43,124 nucleotides of DNA, taken from positions 1 through 43,124 of the IMG/VR virus record IMGVR_UViG_3300022670_000241. One strand, written 5' to 3'. This document shows positions 14,158 to 24,049 of this stretch, in pieces. The notes below the pieces were generated by a model that searched no databases, was not told the origin of the DNA, and saw nothing but the letters and a program-made list of their open reading frames with translations. A program made the translations under genes and the position numbers. Every line of letters starts with the position of its first letter. Within the stretch, counting starts at the first letter, position 1. The stretch is from a virus (lineage: Duplodnaviria > Caudoviricetes).

Positions 14158-16182
14158 TTATTCTCCTTTGTTAAGTTCATTTATTAATACTTCACGCTCT
14201 TCACCTGAAGGTATAGTCCTGATTAAACGTAATACGGCAGATCTCTGAGCCTTTTGTGTTAGTGTAGAATCAAGAGCAGTAGTTAAAGATTTTAGTTTAG
14301 CAGGATCAGACAGAATCTTTGATCCTTCTCTTGCGGCAACTACAAGAGCTATTCCTTTCGGACTAATAACTCCTTGGCTTATTGCAAATCCCCCCGCAAC
14401 CCCTCTAAGACCCTCAAATACAGCCTTTCTTTTAAGGAAAGTTGCAACATCGCCAATTTCCACACTACCAACCGCTTTTGCAACTCTAACAAAATCCTCA
14501 AGGTCACTAATTTTTAAAGGAGTGTCTTTTAACATAGTTTTTAAAACATTTCTACCTTCTGGTGTAGCTAATCCTAATTGTTGCTCCAACTTTATAGGGT
14601 CAAAAATTCTTGCCGCGCCCTCTGAAGCCGGTTCAGTAACAGATTTATTTACCGCTGTATCCAGATGCTTTCTAACGGCCTGTTTAAATTGTTTGCCGCC
14701 CACAACCTTTCTTAGATTCTCTAATGCCTGTGGACTTTTGGAATTAAATACCGCACTAAATGCCTCATCAGCTTCCTTTGAACCGGCTTTAAAAAACTTA
14801 GGCTTGAATATGTTTTTTTCAATTCTGCCAAACTTCTGGGTAGTGGCCGTTTGGAATTGTGGTATATTATTGGCAAAGAATTTATTGGCAGTTGTTAAAG
14901 AATCTACAAGCTCTTTTCCTTCCTGAGCATTCAATAAATCCACCTGGGGATTGTTAAAGTCTGCTTCCAGGGCTTTTTTAAGCTGCACACCCCGTGATAC
15001 ATCAAAACCATCAGCACTGGCCTTACTCATTGTTTCCTGTAAAGAGCGTTGTAAAGCTCTTATTTGTTGCGCCGTTAATCTCTCTGGTAGTTGTGTGGAA
15101 TTTTCAATAAAATTTGAAATAGTATCGGCTTGAACCGTTCCAAATTTACCACCTTCTTCAAGGGTAATTTCACCGGCTGCTTGTAATTGTTTGATTTTAT
15201 TAGCCTCTCCTTTTAAATTTGCAGTAGGGAATATATCCGGTACAGTGGCATTTTCTGCTTTATTCAAAAAATTATCATACAAGGAACCCGATAACCTACG
15301 GAATGCTTTAAATCTACTCTCAGCCGCTTTTGTTAAATTAACCCCTATTTCTTGTAAGGAGGCCGTAGGAGCCACAGCATTAAGAGTTTCGTCCAAAGAC
15401 CTATCCAGTGCCGTTTGCGCCGTTTGCTGCGCCTGTCTTATGGGAGTGCCTACAAATGGGAATACACCGGCCACTTTTGCAAATCCTTTTACCGCCTCAC
15501 TTGGTGTAACATTAATAGCCCCTAATGGCACACCCAATTTTGTGGCCAACGCAGCTAATTCTTTTGCTTCTGTTGTGGCAACTCCTATAGCTCTTCCCAC
15601 CAAAGGGGCTACACCTCTTGCCGCCCTTCCCACAGCCCCGAGTCCTAAAGTAGCCGTGATATCTTCTTTTGCGGCTTTAATCGGCCGAGCAAAGGCTTCC
15701 TGAACTCCTTTTGCGCTTATTGGGGCTATTTCTTGTCCGGCAAATGCATTTTTAGCAGATTCTATTATATTAAATAACGCATCGCCACCAGCTGCACCCA
15801 ATGCCCCTCCCGCCACTACTCCGGGAGCTCCCGCAGGAATTCCTGCCACACTTCCAAGTGCACCTCCTGCTGCCTGAAATGTCCCACGACTGGTTAAGGC
15901 CTGCCCTACTTCCGCAGGGAATCTTGCCACAGCTTGCTTGATCCGCTCTTGTTCTTCGGTTGTTTTGGGAGGCGTCCCAAATAAGTCAAGGATTGAGCCT
16001 TGTTCTGTAGGTGCTGCTGTAGGCACCGGTGGTGCTGTCTGAGGTTGTAATGGAGTGGGCTGTACGATATTAGTTTGCTCTTCCTGTCCAAATTTAGCGC
16101 GCAATCCGGCAACGGCCTGTTCAGGAGGTACTGAATCAGGAATATCAAATTGTCTGCCGTCTGGTAACTCGAAAATAGCCAT
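14158..16182 (-). CDS. Large DNA ejection (internal virion) protein
   Basis: Helical with Gly/Ala hydrophobic segments; N-terminal ELPDGRQFDIPD; third of three genes after the tail nozzle, as P22 gp7/20/16. Confidence 0.7.
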   Translation of the reverse strand: MAIFELPDGRQFDIPDSVPPEQAVAGLRAKFGQEEQTNIVQPTPLQPQTAPPVPTAAPTEQGSILDLFGTPPKTTEEQERIKQAVARFPAEVGQALTSRGTFQAAGGALGSVAGIPAGAPGVVAGGALGAAGGDALFNIIESAKNAFAGQEIAPISAKGVQEAFARPIKAAKEDITATLGLGAVGRAARGVAPLVGRAIGVATTEAKELAALATKLGVPLGAINVTPSEAVKGFAKVAGVFPFVGTPIRQAQQTAQTALDRSLDETLNAVAPTASLQEIGVNLTKAAESRFKAFRRLSGSLYDNFLNKAENATVPDIFPTANLKGEANKIKQLQAAGEITLEEGGKFGTVQADTISNFIENSTQLPERLTAQQIRALQRSLQETMSKASADGFDVSRGVQLKKALEADFNNPQVDLLNAQEGKELVDSLTTANKFFANNIPQFQTATTQKFGRIEKNIFKPKFFKAGSKEADEAFSAVFNSKSPQALENLRKVVGGKQFKQAVRKHLDTAVNKSVTEPASEGAARIFDPIKLEQQLGLATPEGRNVLKTMLKDTPLKISDLEDFVRVAKAVGSVEIGDVATFLKRKAVFEGLRGVAGGFAISQGVISPKGIALVVAAREGSKILSDPAKLKSLTTALDSTLTQKAQRSAVLRLIRTIPSGEEREVLINELNKGE

Positions 16183-17138
16183 TATTGAATTATATTAAAG
16201 TTTTCATCAAGTTTTATTACTGGTGATTTTTTTACCGGTAAATCGAATCCCGCCTCTCCTGCCCGACCTACCAATGATTCAAGACTAGTTTGCAGTTCTT
16301 TTCTTACCTGCCTTAAAGAATCTAATGTTTGTCGGCCACTCGTGGCTTCTGCAATATTAACATCTTTCCTCGCTAATTCCAGTTGTTGCACCGGAATACG
16401 TCCGCTATCTCCAAATCTTGATCTTGCCAATCCTGACGCAAGTTTATTTTGAAGAGGTCTTAAACCTCTAATAGACTCACCAAGTTTAGGTTGAAGTCCT
16501 TCGACCGATTTTTGCACTCCTTCAAAACCAGGTAGAAAAGATGATACGTCAGAGATAACTCCTCCGGCAGTTTCCGCAATCCCTCTACCAAATCCAAGAA
16601 TACCAGCCCTTGTTGGATCTTCTTCTATTTTACTTATTAATTCATTAACTGCCGCTAGTCCTTCTGTCAATTGATCACGGGAAGTTCTTGTTTTCGCTTT
16701 CTCGCCAGAAGTTATTTGTACAAGAGGTGCTCTAGGGGCTAATAGCTTTTTCTTTGCCTTATCAAAGCCCTCTTGAGTAATCTTTTTATTAGTTAGGTCT
16801 TGTCTTAGTTTACCAAGCGGACTCGCGGCGGTGACTGGCTTTTGTGCTAACGGAGATATTCCTTGCAGGATTTTTAATGATTCCGGCGTTGCCAAACCCG
16901 CCAGTTCATTTAACTGTAATTGTTGACTTTGTTGGGGCGTTAGTCCTTCTGCGCCACCTGGACGTAAAAATTCAGGTGTAGAGCGACCGGCTAAGATATT
17001 GCCGAGTTGTTGGCGTTCTTGTTGTTCAAGTTGTTCTTTTTTGCGTTGCTGTACTAATTTAAGACTAGCACTAGGATCAGCCAATCCCGCACTAAATCCA
17101 CTTAATCCCGCACCAATCTGTGATAATATACTACTCAT
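16182..17138 (-). CDS. DNA ejection protein
   Basis: Gly-rich N-terminus, Gln-rich coil, synteny. Confidence 0.65.
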   Translation of the reverse strand: MSSILSQIGAGLSGFSAGLADPSASLKLVQQRKKEQLEQQERQQLGNILAGRSTPEFLRPGGAEGLTPQQSQQLQLNELAGLATPESLKILQGISPLAQKPVTAASPLGKLRQDLTNKKITQEGFDKAKKKLLAPRAPLVQITSGEKAKTRTSRDQLTEGLAAVNELISKIEEDPTRAGILGFGRGIAETAGGVISDVSSFLPGFEGVQKSVEGLQPKLGESIRGLRPLQNKLASGLARSRFGDSGRIPVQQLELARKDVNIAEATSGRQTLDSLRQVRKELQTSLESLVGRAGEAGFDLPVKKSPVIKLDENFNIIQ

Positions 17139-17149
17139 TATAAAACCTC

Positions 17150-17887
17150 CTATGAAACTGCTGTCAGCGCACCACCGATTCCACCTGCTAACTGTCCTAA
17201 CTGACTTACTAATCCCTCCGTAGCACCTGTGCTAACGCCAGAAGTAGTAGCGCCACCACCCGTTGGCAATGCCCCTGCCGTTCCTGTCAAGAATTGAGAT
17301 GCCGCTATCGGAGCCTGTTGTTGCTGTGTGGCAATCTGCCTTTCGATATCACCTAATCCAAATAATGTCGGTGCTAACTCCTGACTCCTGGCTATATCCT
17401 GTAATGTCCTGTCTGCTGCTGCCTGGAATCCTTGTGAGCGTAATTGTGCGGAAACATCACCAATAGACTGTTGAATATTTTTCTGTAGTTCTGATTCCAG
17501 TAATGCTTGACGTGTTCCGCCAAAACCACCGGCCGCACTTGCCATTGACCCTATATCACTAAACTGCCCGGCTCCAGCTTGTTGAATATCGCGTATTACA
17601 TTTTGTATGACCTGTTCTTGAAACGGATCACCAAACGTTGTAAGCCCTTGTTGAAATGCCTCTGGTGATGTCGGCTGTAAACCTGCCGTCAAAGTACCTA
17701 AAGATGCTTGTTGTTCGGGTGTGAGTCCTACAGGGGCAAATACATCAGGTTGTCCGGCTAGTTGTTGCGCTCCGGTTACAGCCTGTTGAAAGGCTTCCTG
17801 ACCAAATCCCGGCAATGATGCGAAACTTGTAGGAGTTGCTGAACTTGTAAACTCTTTAGATGGCTCTCCGAATAATTCACCAACCAT
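17150..17887 (-). CDS. DNA ejection / pilot protein
   Basis: PFQEQVI..AAGGFGGTRQALLE..LRSQGFQAA motif common in podophage pilot proteins. Confidence 0.7.
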   Translation of the reverse strand: MVGELFGEPSKEFTSSATPTSFASLPGFGQEAFQQAVTGAQQLAGQPDVFAPVGLTPEQQASLGTLTAGLQPTSPEAFQQGLTTFGDPFQEQVIQNVIRDIQQAGAGQFSDIGSMASAAGGFGGTRQALLESELQKNIQQSIGDVSAQLRSQGFQAAADRTLQDIARSQELAPTLFGLGDIERQIATQQQQAPIAASQFLTGTAGALPTGGGATTSGVSTGATEGLVSQLGQLAGGIGGALTAVS

Positions 17888-18306
17888 TATAACCCCCAGA
17901 ACATATGTTGTTGTTTTCGACCCTTTTTAATAAACCCATTATTTTGTAGCCTACTTATAAATTTATTACTCGATGTCGCAGTATATATATATTTGTAACC
18001 CATTTCCTTACAAAAATCTATTGCATTTTGTAACATAATATCAATAGCATAGTTCCTTATTGCTTTTTCTATATTTTTATTACAAGCCATAAACTCTAAC
18101 ATTCCCATTTCAGAAGTAGGATTAAATATAAAAATAGAACAAAGACTATTATTATCAAATTTTCCTATAAGACCATTATCTCCCAATACCCCGATAGGAG
18201 GAGCCGTTAAGCCTTGTGACTGCCACATCTCACAAATCAAACCATAGTCCTCTTTTTTGTATTTTTCTATTGTTACCATCCGATGCTCAACGCTCTTTGA
18301 TCCCAT
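17887..18306 (-). CDS. GNAT-fold acetyltransferase-like virion assembly protein (likely start MVTIEKY)
   Basis: GNAT-like AIDFCKEMGYKYIY..LQNNGF; position of T7 gp13/P22 gp14. Confidence 0.6.
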   Translation of the reverse strand: MGSKSVEHRMVTIEKYKKEDYGLICEMWQSQGLTAPPIGVLGDNGLIGKFDNNSLCSIFIFNPTSEMGMLEFMACNKNIEKAIRNYAIDIMLQNAIDFCKEMGYKYIYTATSSNKFISRLQNNGFIKKGRKQQHMFWGL

Positions 18307-18590
18307 CTTAAACCTGTACCCGAGATATTTAATAATTTGTATTCGTGAGTTGCGTCATTTACTATATCACCTTCTTCATCAGTTGACAAAACATCTGACG
18401 GACTCGATGGTGCAGCGCGTGTTTCAAACAATCCTCGACCACTTACAAAACGTTGGGTAAGATTCTGAAAATCGGAAATATCTTCCGCTTCTCTCAGTCT
18501 GGCTATTTCCTGTAAATTATCTACAATATCAGAAACAGTTTTTTCTATATCGGTGGATTTGCCAGTCGTAGGATATAAACTTGTTGTCAT
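18273..18590 (-). CDS. Tail needle/plug-like protein
   Basis: Coiled coil plus APSSPSD..EGDIV; follows the nozzle gene. Confidence 0.5.
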   Translation of the reverse strand: MTTSLYPTTGKSTDIEKTVSDIVDNLQEIARLREAEDISDFQNLTQRFVSGRGLFETRAAPSSPSDVLSTDEEGDIVNDATHEYKLLNISGTGLRWDQRALSIGW

Positions 18591-20641
18591 CGACTGCCTC
18601 CTTTACTAAGGAATTCTAACCATCTTCCAGCTCTCCAGCTTTGACCCAACACGTTACCTGCTAGAATATACTGAATAAACCTGCTATTTTGTCTGAACTT
18701 CTTCACTTCCGTAGTAGGAGTAATTGTTAATATCCTACTGCCGTATAATGAAGCACTTTGTGGATATTTCTTTACATTAACTGTACATGTTATATTACTT
18801 GTCTGTATGCTGTCCGGCACGACTGCCAGTGCATTTACAGTATCACGTCCCGAATCGAAAAAATGTGTAGAGATTGTAAATGCAAGAGAACTTCCATTGT
18901 CATCATCACCTTTCTCGTGTTGGAATAAAGTTGAGGTTAGGTCATCCGCTGCTACTTCTGCCAGATATGGAAAATCCTTCAATTGTGTCGGATATTCTCC
19001 TGCTGATCTATCGTGAGTATCGGGCGTCCAGGTCAAATCTTTGACATTGAAATATGCCACTTTATCAGGTTCGGAGCTTGCAGTGGACGGATAATGTGTC
19101 CATACCTCATTAAAAGCCCGGTTAAACCACATGAATATCTTACTTTTCTGTGATGAAGTAATATTGTTATAAATGAATTTTTTTAATGTTGTCTCATTTG
19201 TGGTATTCGATGGAATAATCTCTACGTTTCCACTGCGATAACGATAAAAATTATCACTTCCCTGCCAATAACCTACACCATTATGCTGAACACGGGCATT
19301 CTTTGCTATAATACCGGACTTATCATCTAAAAGTTTGATTTCCCAAATCAACGGCCTACCAATGTAACGCATGGTATAAACTTGGGAATCAGTAAAAAGT
19401 AAATTAATTCCTTTAACTTTTAAATGTGATATGAAGGTGCTAGCTCCTTCAATATCATCTTGGCCAGCTTGGTTGGTAGACAACTCAGCCCACTGGGTAG
19501 AAACTCCCTGATCTGACCATTGTACACGATTACCAACGCCCCCTGCTCCCAGGGTTACCACGATTTCATTACTGACAAACATATAATTCACAGCAGTAGG
19601 AGCGTTAGAAAGTAAAACAGGCGCAACAGTAATAACACTATCCCATGTAAAAACACCAGTTTGATCTCCGGGAGTTGTGATTATATTATCTCCGAATCTA
19701 TCGGTTATCCATGAGCGCACCGGGATTTCACCAGTAGAGCTTACAAGGGCAGTACCATAAAGCCCTATTCCATACAATCCAGCCCCGTATCCTTGTGCAG
19801 ATGCAGCATCACATATACCATCTGCTATTTCACCCTGTACGGTCGTTCCTGCGCCACCACCTCCCGTCACACTGGATGTTGCAGTTGTTGCAACAACGAT
19901 ATCGTATGCATTTGTTGAAGGATTTCTGATTATATGCTCAATATTCAAATCACCAGCAGGAATTCCGGCAAAAGCAGCAGCAGCCAACATTTTGATTCTT
20001 GCTCTATCAGGAAAAGTATGTGCAGTTTGATTTACTGTAACTATATTTGTCGCTTGTACTACGGAAGCACCACCGCCTGAACCGGTAGAGGTAGCGTTTG
20101 TTGCCACTAATATTGTATAGCTATTTGTGCTTTGTGATCTTACAAATTGAGTAGTATTAATCTCAACAGCGGGTACGCCATTTACGGCTGTAGAGCCAGA
20201 TAATGTGGTTGTATCGCCGGCTCGAACTTTTGTTGCCGTGTCGGTGATTGTTAAAGTGTTGCTTCCGCTTACTGTAGCAATCGGATCATTTCCTAATGTG
20301 GCAAAATTAGAATCCAAAGAATTTGCGATAGCTGTCGTTGCTGTAACAAGTGGAGTTATATTTGTCAGTTGACTCCCGAGCAAAGAATATAAATTAGAAT
20401 GTGTCCCAATAAGATAACGAGTGCTACCACTCAGAGTATAACTAAAAATTGAGCGTGCGCAGCCATTTACCGAATCATTGTTGTTTGTGGCTACAGTTTC
20501 CCAACCGCCTATTTTTTCCGGGAAACCATCACGGAATCTTACCTTATCTGCCGCCACAAAATGTGGTGTAGATGATGTAGTAAAATCCGTACTTGGCTGT
20601 ACTCCCGGCGTTACGAATATTGGTCGTGATATTTCAGCCAT
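18587..20641 (-). CDS. Tail nozzle / packaged-DNA stabilisation protein (P22 gp10 / tail tubular B-like)
   Basis: DKVRFRDGFPEKIGGW, RVQWSDQ..W...TNQAG, FNEVWTHYPS beta-propeller motifs; two Thr/Gly-rich inserted domains. Confidence 0.8.
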   Translation of the reverse strand: MAEISRPIFVTPGVQPSTDFTTSSTPHFVAADKVRFRDGFPEKIGGWETVATNNNDSVNGCARSIFSYTLSGSTRYLIGTHSNLYSLLGSQLTNITPLVTATTAIANSLDSNFATLGNDPIATVSGSNTLTITDTATKVRAGDTTTLSGSTAVNGVPAVEINTTQFVRSQSTNSYTILVATNATSTGSGGGASVVQATNIVTVNQTAHTFPDRARIKMLAAAAFAGIPAGDLNIEHIIRNPSTNAYDIVVATTATSSVTGGGGAGTTVQGEIADGICDAASAQGYGAGLYGIGLYGTALVSSTGEIPVRSWITDRFGDNIITTPGDQTGVFTWDSVITVAPVLLSNAPTAVNYMFVSNEIVVTLGAGGVGNRVQWSDQGVSTQWAELSTNQAGQDDIEGASTFISHLKVKGINLLFTDSQVYTMRYIGRPLIWEIKLLDDKSGIIAKNARVQHNGVGYWQGSDNFYRYRSGNVEIIPSNTTNETTLKKFIYNNITSSQKSKIFMWFNRAFNEVWTHYPSTASSEPDKVAYFNVKDLTWTPDTHDRSAGEYPTQLKDFPYLAEVAADDLTSTLFQHEKGDDDNGSSLAFTISTHFFDSGRDTVNALAVVPDSIQTSNITCTVNVKKYPQSASLYGSRILTITPTTEVKKFRQNSRFIQYILAGNVLGQSWRAGRWLEFLSKGGSR

Positions 20642-20642
20642 G

Positions 20643-21428
20643 TTAATTTATTCTATATAGTTTAAATATACCCGATACTATATTACCTGTATTCATAATA
20701 AATCTAATAGCATCAACGTCCGATGCTGCAAATCTAGCTCCAGCACCGGATGCAAATTGCATCCTTGAGCTTGTAGGTGTCATGCCTTGCCAGGTAAAAT
20801 GAGTAAAGACAGCCGAGTTATTTGGAGCATACATAAAGATTGTGCCACTAAAACCACCTTTTGAGGCTACAGAATTTATAGTCTCACCCAATAGAATACG
20901 TGAGCTACCGGCAGTACCTTGTCCAGCATATGAATCAGAATTGGAACTTTGCAACATAGTATGATATTCATAATCTGAAGCTCCGGCATCAAATGACGAT
21001 CCTCCATCTGTGCTTACACGCAAGAGAAAATCTGCTAAATCTGTCGCTGGCAAAGCATTCGATATTGTAATTGCAAAGACATTAGAAGTGCCATCTATAT
21101 TACTTGTAAAGTCGATCGAAGTATCATTACTGGCAGTTTGTGTTTCTAATAATGTCCAATCTCCTCCTGGAAGTCCGAAAGCTGGTAATGTGTCGGGTCC
21201 AGTTGACTGTAGGGTATCACCGCTATTGCCTTGTCCCGATAGAATCTCATAACCGGTATCATTAGTACTCTGCACCACAAGCGCACCAAATTTACTAGCA
21301 GCCGGAACAGGTAATATTGCATCGACACTATCCCAGTTATCATTTAACTGACCACCCCAGATATCTTCATCTATGGGATCATTTACCAGTGGTTTATTAA
21401 AAGCAAAATTCGTTGTTGGAGTTGGCAT
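20643..21428 (-). CDS. Tail fibre protein
   Basis: N-terminal TTNFAFNKP..WGGQLNDNWDSVD anchor; C-terminal WTLLETQTAS..SGIFKLY knob. Confidence 0.75.
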   Translation of the reverse strand: MPTPTTNFAFNKPLVNDPIDEDIWGGQLNDNWDSVDAILPVPAASKFGALVVQSTNDTGYEILSGQGNSGDTLQSTGPDTLPAFGLPGGDWTLLETQTASNDTSIDFTSNIDGTSNVFAITISNALPATDLADFLLRVSTDGGSSFDAGASDYEYHTMLQSSNSDSYAGQGTAGSSRILLGETINSVASKGGFSGTIFMYAPNNSAVFTHFTWQGMTPTSSRMQFASGAGARFAASDVDAIRFIMNTGNIVSGIFKLYRIN

Positions 21429-21447
21429 TATTTTTTCCTCTTTTTAA

Positions 21448-21741
21448 TTATCCTAAATCGCCCCAGCCGATCCACTTGTTATCAGCAATCTTCTGGAATC
21501 TTGCGAAGCCACATTGTTTGTTGATAGTAGCGGCGGCGGAGCTTAAAGTTACACCAGTAGCCGGTACAACTGATACTGTATCTGCAGTGTCTCTAAAAAC
21601 ATCTATCCAGTCAGTTATAAGATATTGATGTGTCGCATCTGCAGGAATTGTTAAAGTCGCAGTGGCGATAACGCGTTGCAATGTGCCATCATCACCTTCA
21701 CCAAAAGTTTTATCTCCTTCTACTATTACTACATTTGTCAT
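21448..21741 (-). CDS. Small virion/fibre domain protein
   Basis: TLTIPAD..VSVVPATGVTL..DNKWIGWGDL fibre C-terminal-type motif. Confidence 0.6.
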   Translation of the reverse strand: MTNVVIVEGDKTFGEGDDGTLQRVIATATLTIPADATHQYLITDWIDVFRDTADTVSVVPATGVTLSSAAATINKQCGFARFQKIADNKWIGWGDLG

Positions 21742-22973
21742 AATTTTGGAACCGTTAAGTTGTAGTCAATTACTAAAATAGAATCAGTTGTATCTTCATT
21801 CTTAACTTGACATTTAATTTGATCATTTGTTTGCAAAATTACAGTTTTCGTCACAAAAGACAAATTTCTAGCTGCACCTACCATGCTCATGGAGAAGCTA
21901 TCAGCCTGTTCAACAAAACCTGATCCTGAATCAATAAATACAGCGGCTCTGATAACTCTTCCAGAAGAAGCCGGTATTGTCCTACTGGCGGATATACTGA
22001 CTTTTATTTCCGTTTTAATCTCTTCCAGACCAATGTAGGTTATTGTGTCTCCAGATATGGTAAATCTTTCATTATCAACACCGGCAACCATTGTCCCGGC
22101 GATATCTGTGTAGGTATTTAAAGCTACAACTGTGGGCGTTGCATTTTCCTTAAATCCAAGGGAGCCTACCCAGTAACTATCAAGAGCATTACCATTATTA
22201 CGTGCTATAACTTGAGGATCAGTTTGATCCAAGCCACCTGCAGCAAATAAAGTACCACCGGCTGCATCACTGAACAGGTTGTCATGTATTAATATTTGAG
22301 TGGTGATAGACAGGCCTGAATCAATATTAAATAAAGCATCTCCCGTAAGTGGGGACGCTATCATAGAATCAAATGTTGCCCCTATAAGAGTTCCGGTTAA
22401 TTTTATATGATCCCCTTTTTGAACGGTAAAAGCCTGTTCCCGCATAACGATGAACAACATGTCATTTAAAGTTATACCATCATCACAGAGTATCCAGCCA
22501 ACATTCTCAGTAGAAAAACTACAACCTTCAATACTGCCTATAGAATCAAACCCTTGCGCTGTAGCCTGATCGAGAAATACGAATCCGGGGCCAATATCAT
22601 TAGATAAATTAAAGAAATGACCGCCATTAGTAGATACAGTATTTAATTGATCAATTGTTAATCGGGTAATATTTCCAGTAAAACAAGGAGTAGTCCCGCT
22701 GATCTCAGTAGTTAGAAAATTAGCTATAACATTTGTAGTGCTAAATTGCACTGTTCCATTATCAGGAATCTGTAATGAATTATCCTCCACATTTAAAGGC
22801 TTTGTAATAATAAAATGAATAAAATCCCGAAGAGTAATATCTTGTAAAAGCATTACATTGGCAATAGGCTCAGGAAATATAGTGAAATTTTCTACATAAA
22901 CGGTATTATTACGAGGAAGATCGGTTATGGTTGTGCTAAAAGTATTTCTCAATCCCATTAGAAAGTCCTCCAT
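21738..22973 (-). CDS. Beta-rich tailspike/fibre-like protein (likely start 22958)
   Basis: Beta-helix-like composition; TAATG coupling to the upstream gene. Confidence 0.6.
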   Translation of the reverse strand: MEDFLMGLRNTFSTTITDLPRNNTVYVENFTIFPEPIANVMLLQDITLRDFIHFIITKPLNVEDNSLQIPDNGTVQFSTTNVIANFLTTEISGTTPCFTGNITRLTIDQLNTVSTNGGHFFNLSNDIGPGFVFLDQATAQGFDSIGSIEGCSFSTENVGWILCDDGITLNDMLFIVMREQAFTVQKGDHIKLTGTLIGATFDSMIASPLTGDALFNIDSGLSITTQILIHDNLFSDAAGGTLFAAGGLDQTDPQVIARNNGNALDSYWVGSLGFKENATPTVVALNTYTDIAGTMVAGVDNERFTISGDTITYIGLEEIKTEIKVSISASRTIPASSGRVIRAAVFIDSGSGFVEQADSFSMSMVGAARNLSFVTKTVILQTNDQIKCQVKNEDTTDSILVIDYNLTVPKL

Positions 22974-23395
22974 TCTAATGCAAAAGGAACAAACATCTCA
23001 GCGTTCCCATCACCACTTATCACTAAAGTTCCCGAACCATCTACTGTGTCGCTTCCATCTGGTGTATTGGTCACAGTATTTCCACCACCAGCATTCTTTC
23101 TTACGTAAAGCGGTTTTATCGGAGCCGTTGATAATGGGAGAAAATTGATAATGACATTGCCCCCCGTAGCGTCTACATTTATATAATCATCTAAAGTGAT
23201 AACTGAATATGGACTATCAGCAAATGCTATCTCTTTTGTGGTGGTATTCTCAGCTACAATATATGCTGCCAACTCATCAGCTGCTACTCTGAATATCACA
23301 CCGTTGCGAAGAATAGTAAAATCGTCAGAGTCATTTATACTTGTCGCGCTAGTAAGCCTTCCTATTTCTCCAGCTCTCAAAATTCCTGTAGTCAT
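22958..23395 (-). CDS. Virion fibre adaptor protein
   Basis: SPYSV..DDYINVDATGGNV..LP..GSDTVDG domain; N-terminus shared with 24050..24847. Confidence 0.65.
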   Translation of the reverse strand: MTTGILRAGEIGRLTSATSINDSDDFTILRNGVIFRVAADELAAYIVAENTTTKEIAFADSPYSVITLDDYINVDATGGNVIINFLPLSTAPIKPLYVRKNAGGGNTVTNTPDGSDTVDGSGTLVISGDGNAEMFVPFALEWRTF

Positions 23396-23398
23396 TTA

Positions 23399-24037
23399 TC
23401 ACTCTCCAATGCCTCCTCTAAAAAAGTCCAAAGCTTCTTCATATCCACTAAAATAATTAGCGTCGTCTCTGGCTCTTTCCTTGCGTTTATTAGCTCGTTT
23501 TATACCGGTCTGTAAACGCATATGATCTTCATCACAATAAAGGGGAGCTTTAAATAAAGAACTGTCGGGATGAACAAAGGTAGGAATTCCGCGCCCTTGA
23601 GCAAATCTTAAATATCCTTCAATAGCAGCCCTTTGATTGGCATATTCATTATTTCCGCTACAATGCACACCCCAAAGTCCCAATTTCTCCGGATTTTCAA
23701 GTAATGCTTCTCCTAACATCCAGGCGATTGAAGAAGTAAAATATGGCTCAAAAGTATTTATCAATTCATCGCGTTTTAATACTCTGGCCTTTGGTGTTTC
23801 TGGTTCTGATTGCATAGTGGTTAACTTGTCACCAAAAATAGCCAGAAAATCAAAGTAGTCTTTTTTAGCACCACAATATTTCCTCAGGATACTAAAACGA
23901 TGCATTTCAAACCACCGATCTACACGAACCCCCGGAATCTTATGATTTTCAGTCATTGACCAAATTTCCCAAGCAGGATCATGAAATGGCGCGTTCTTTG
24001 CACTGCCGGCTGTTCCAACGATTGCTATATTAACCAT
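23399..24037 (-). CDS. Glycosyltransferase-like (Maf/DUF115/sialyltransferase-like) enzyme
   Basis: IAIVGTA, WEIWS, RWFEMH, YFTSSIAWML, LGLWGV, EYANQR. Confidence 0.6.
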   Translation of the reverse strand: MVNIAIVGTAGSAKNAPFHDPAWEIWSMTENHKIPGVRVDRWFEMHRFSILRKYCGAKKDYFDFLAIFGDKLTTMQSEPETPKARVLKRDELINTFEPYFTSSIAWMLGEALLENPEKLGLWGVHCSGNNEYANQRAAIEGYLRFAQGRGIPTFVHPDSSLFKAPLYCDEDHMRLQTGIKRANKRKERARDDANYFSGYEEALDFFRGGIGE

Positions 24038-24049
24038 AAAATTTCCTAA

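Noticed and set aside
14522-15703. Long + strand ORFs here and elsewhere (e.g. 24534, 38232, 42529) and the - strand ORF at 5776
   Set aside because: Antisense shadows of well-supported genes, with no SD or recognisable motifs.
21738-23395. Programmed frameshift fusing the two overlapping fibre ORFs
   Set aside because: The overlap is explained by TAATG stop-start coupling with a GGAGG SD; no slippery heptamer was seen.
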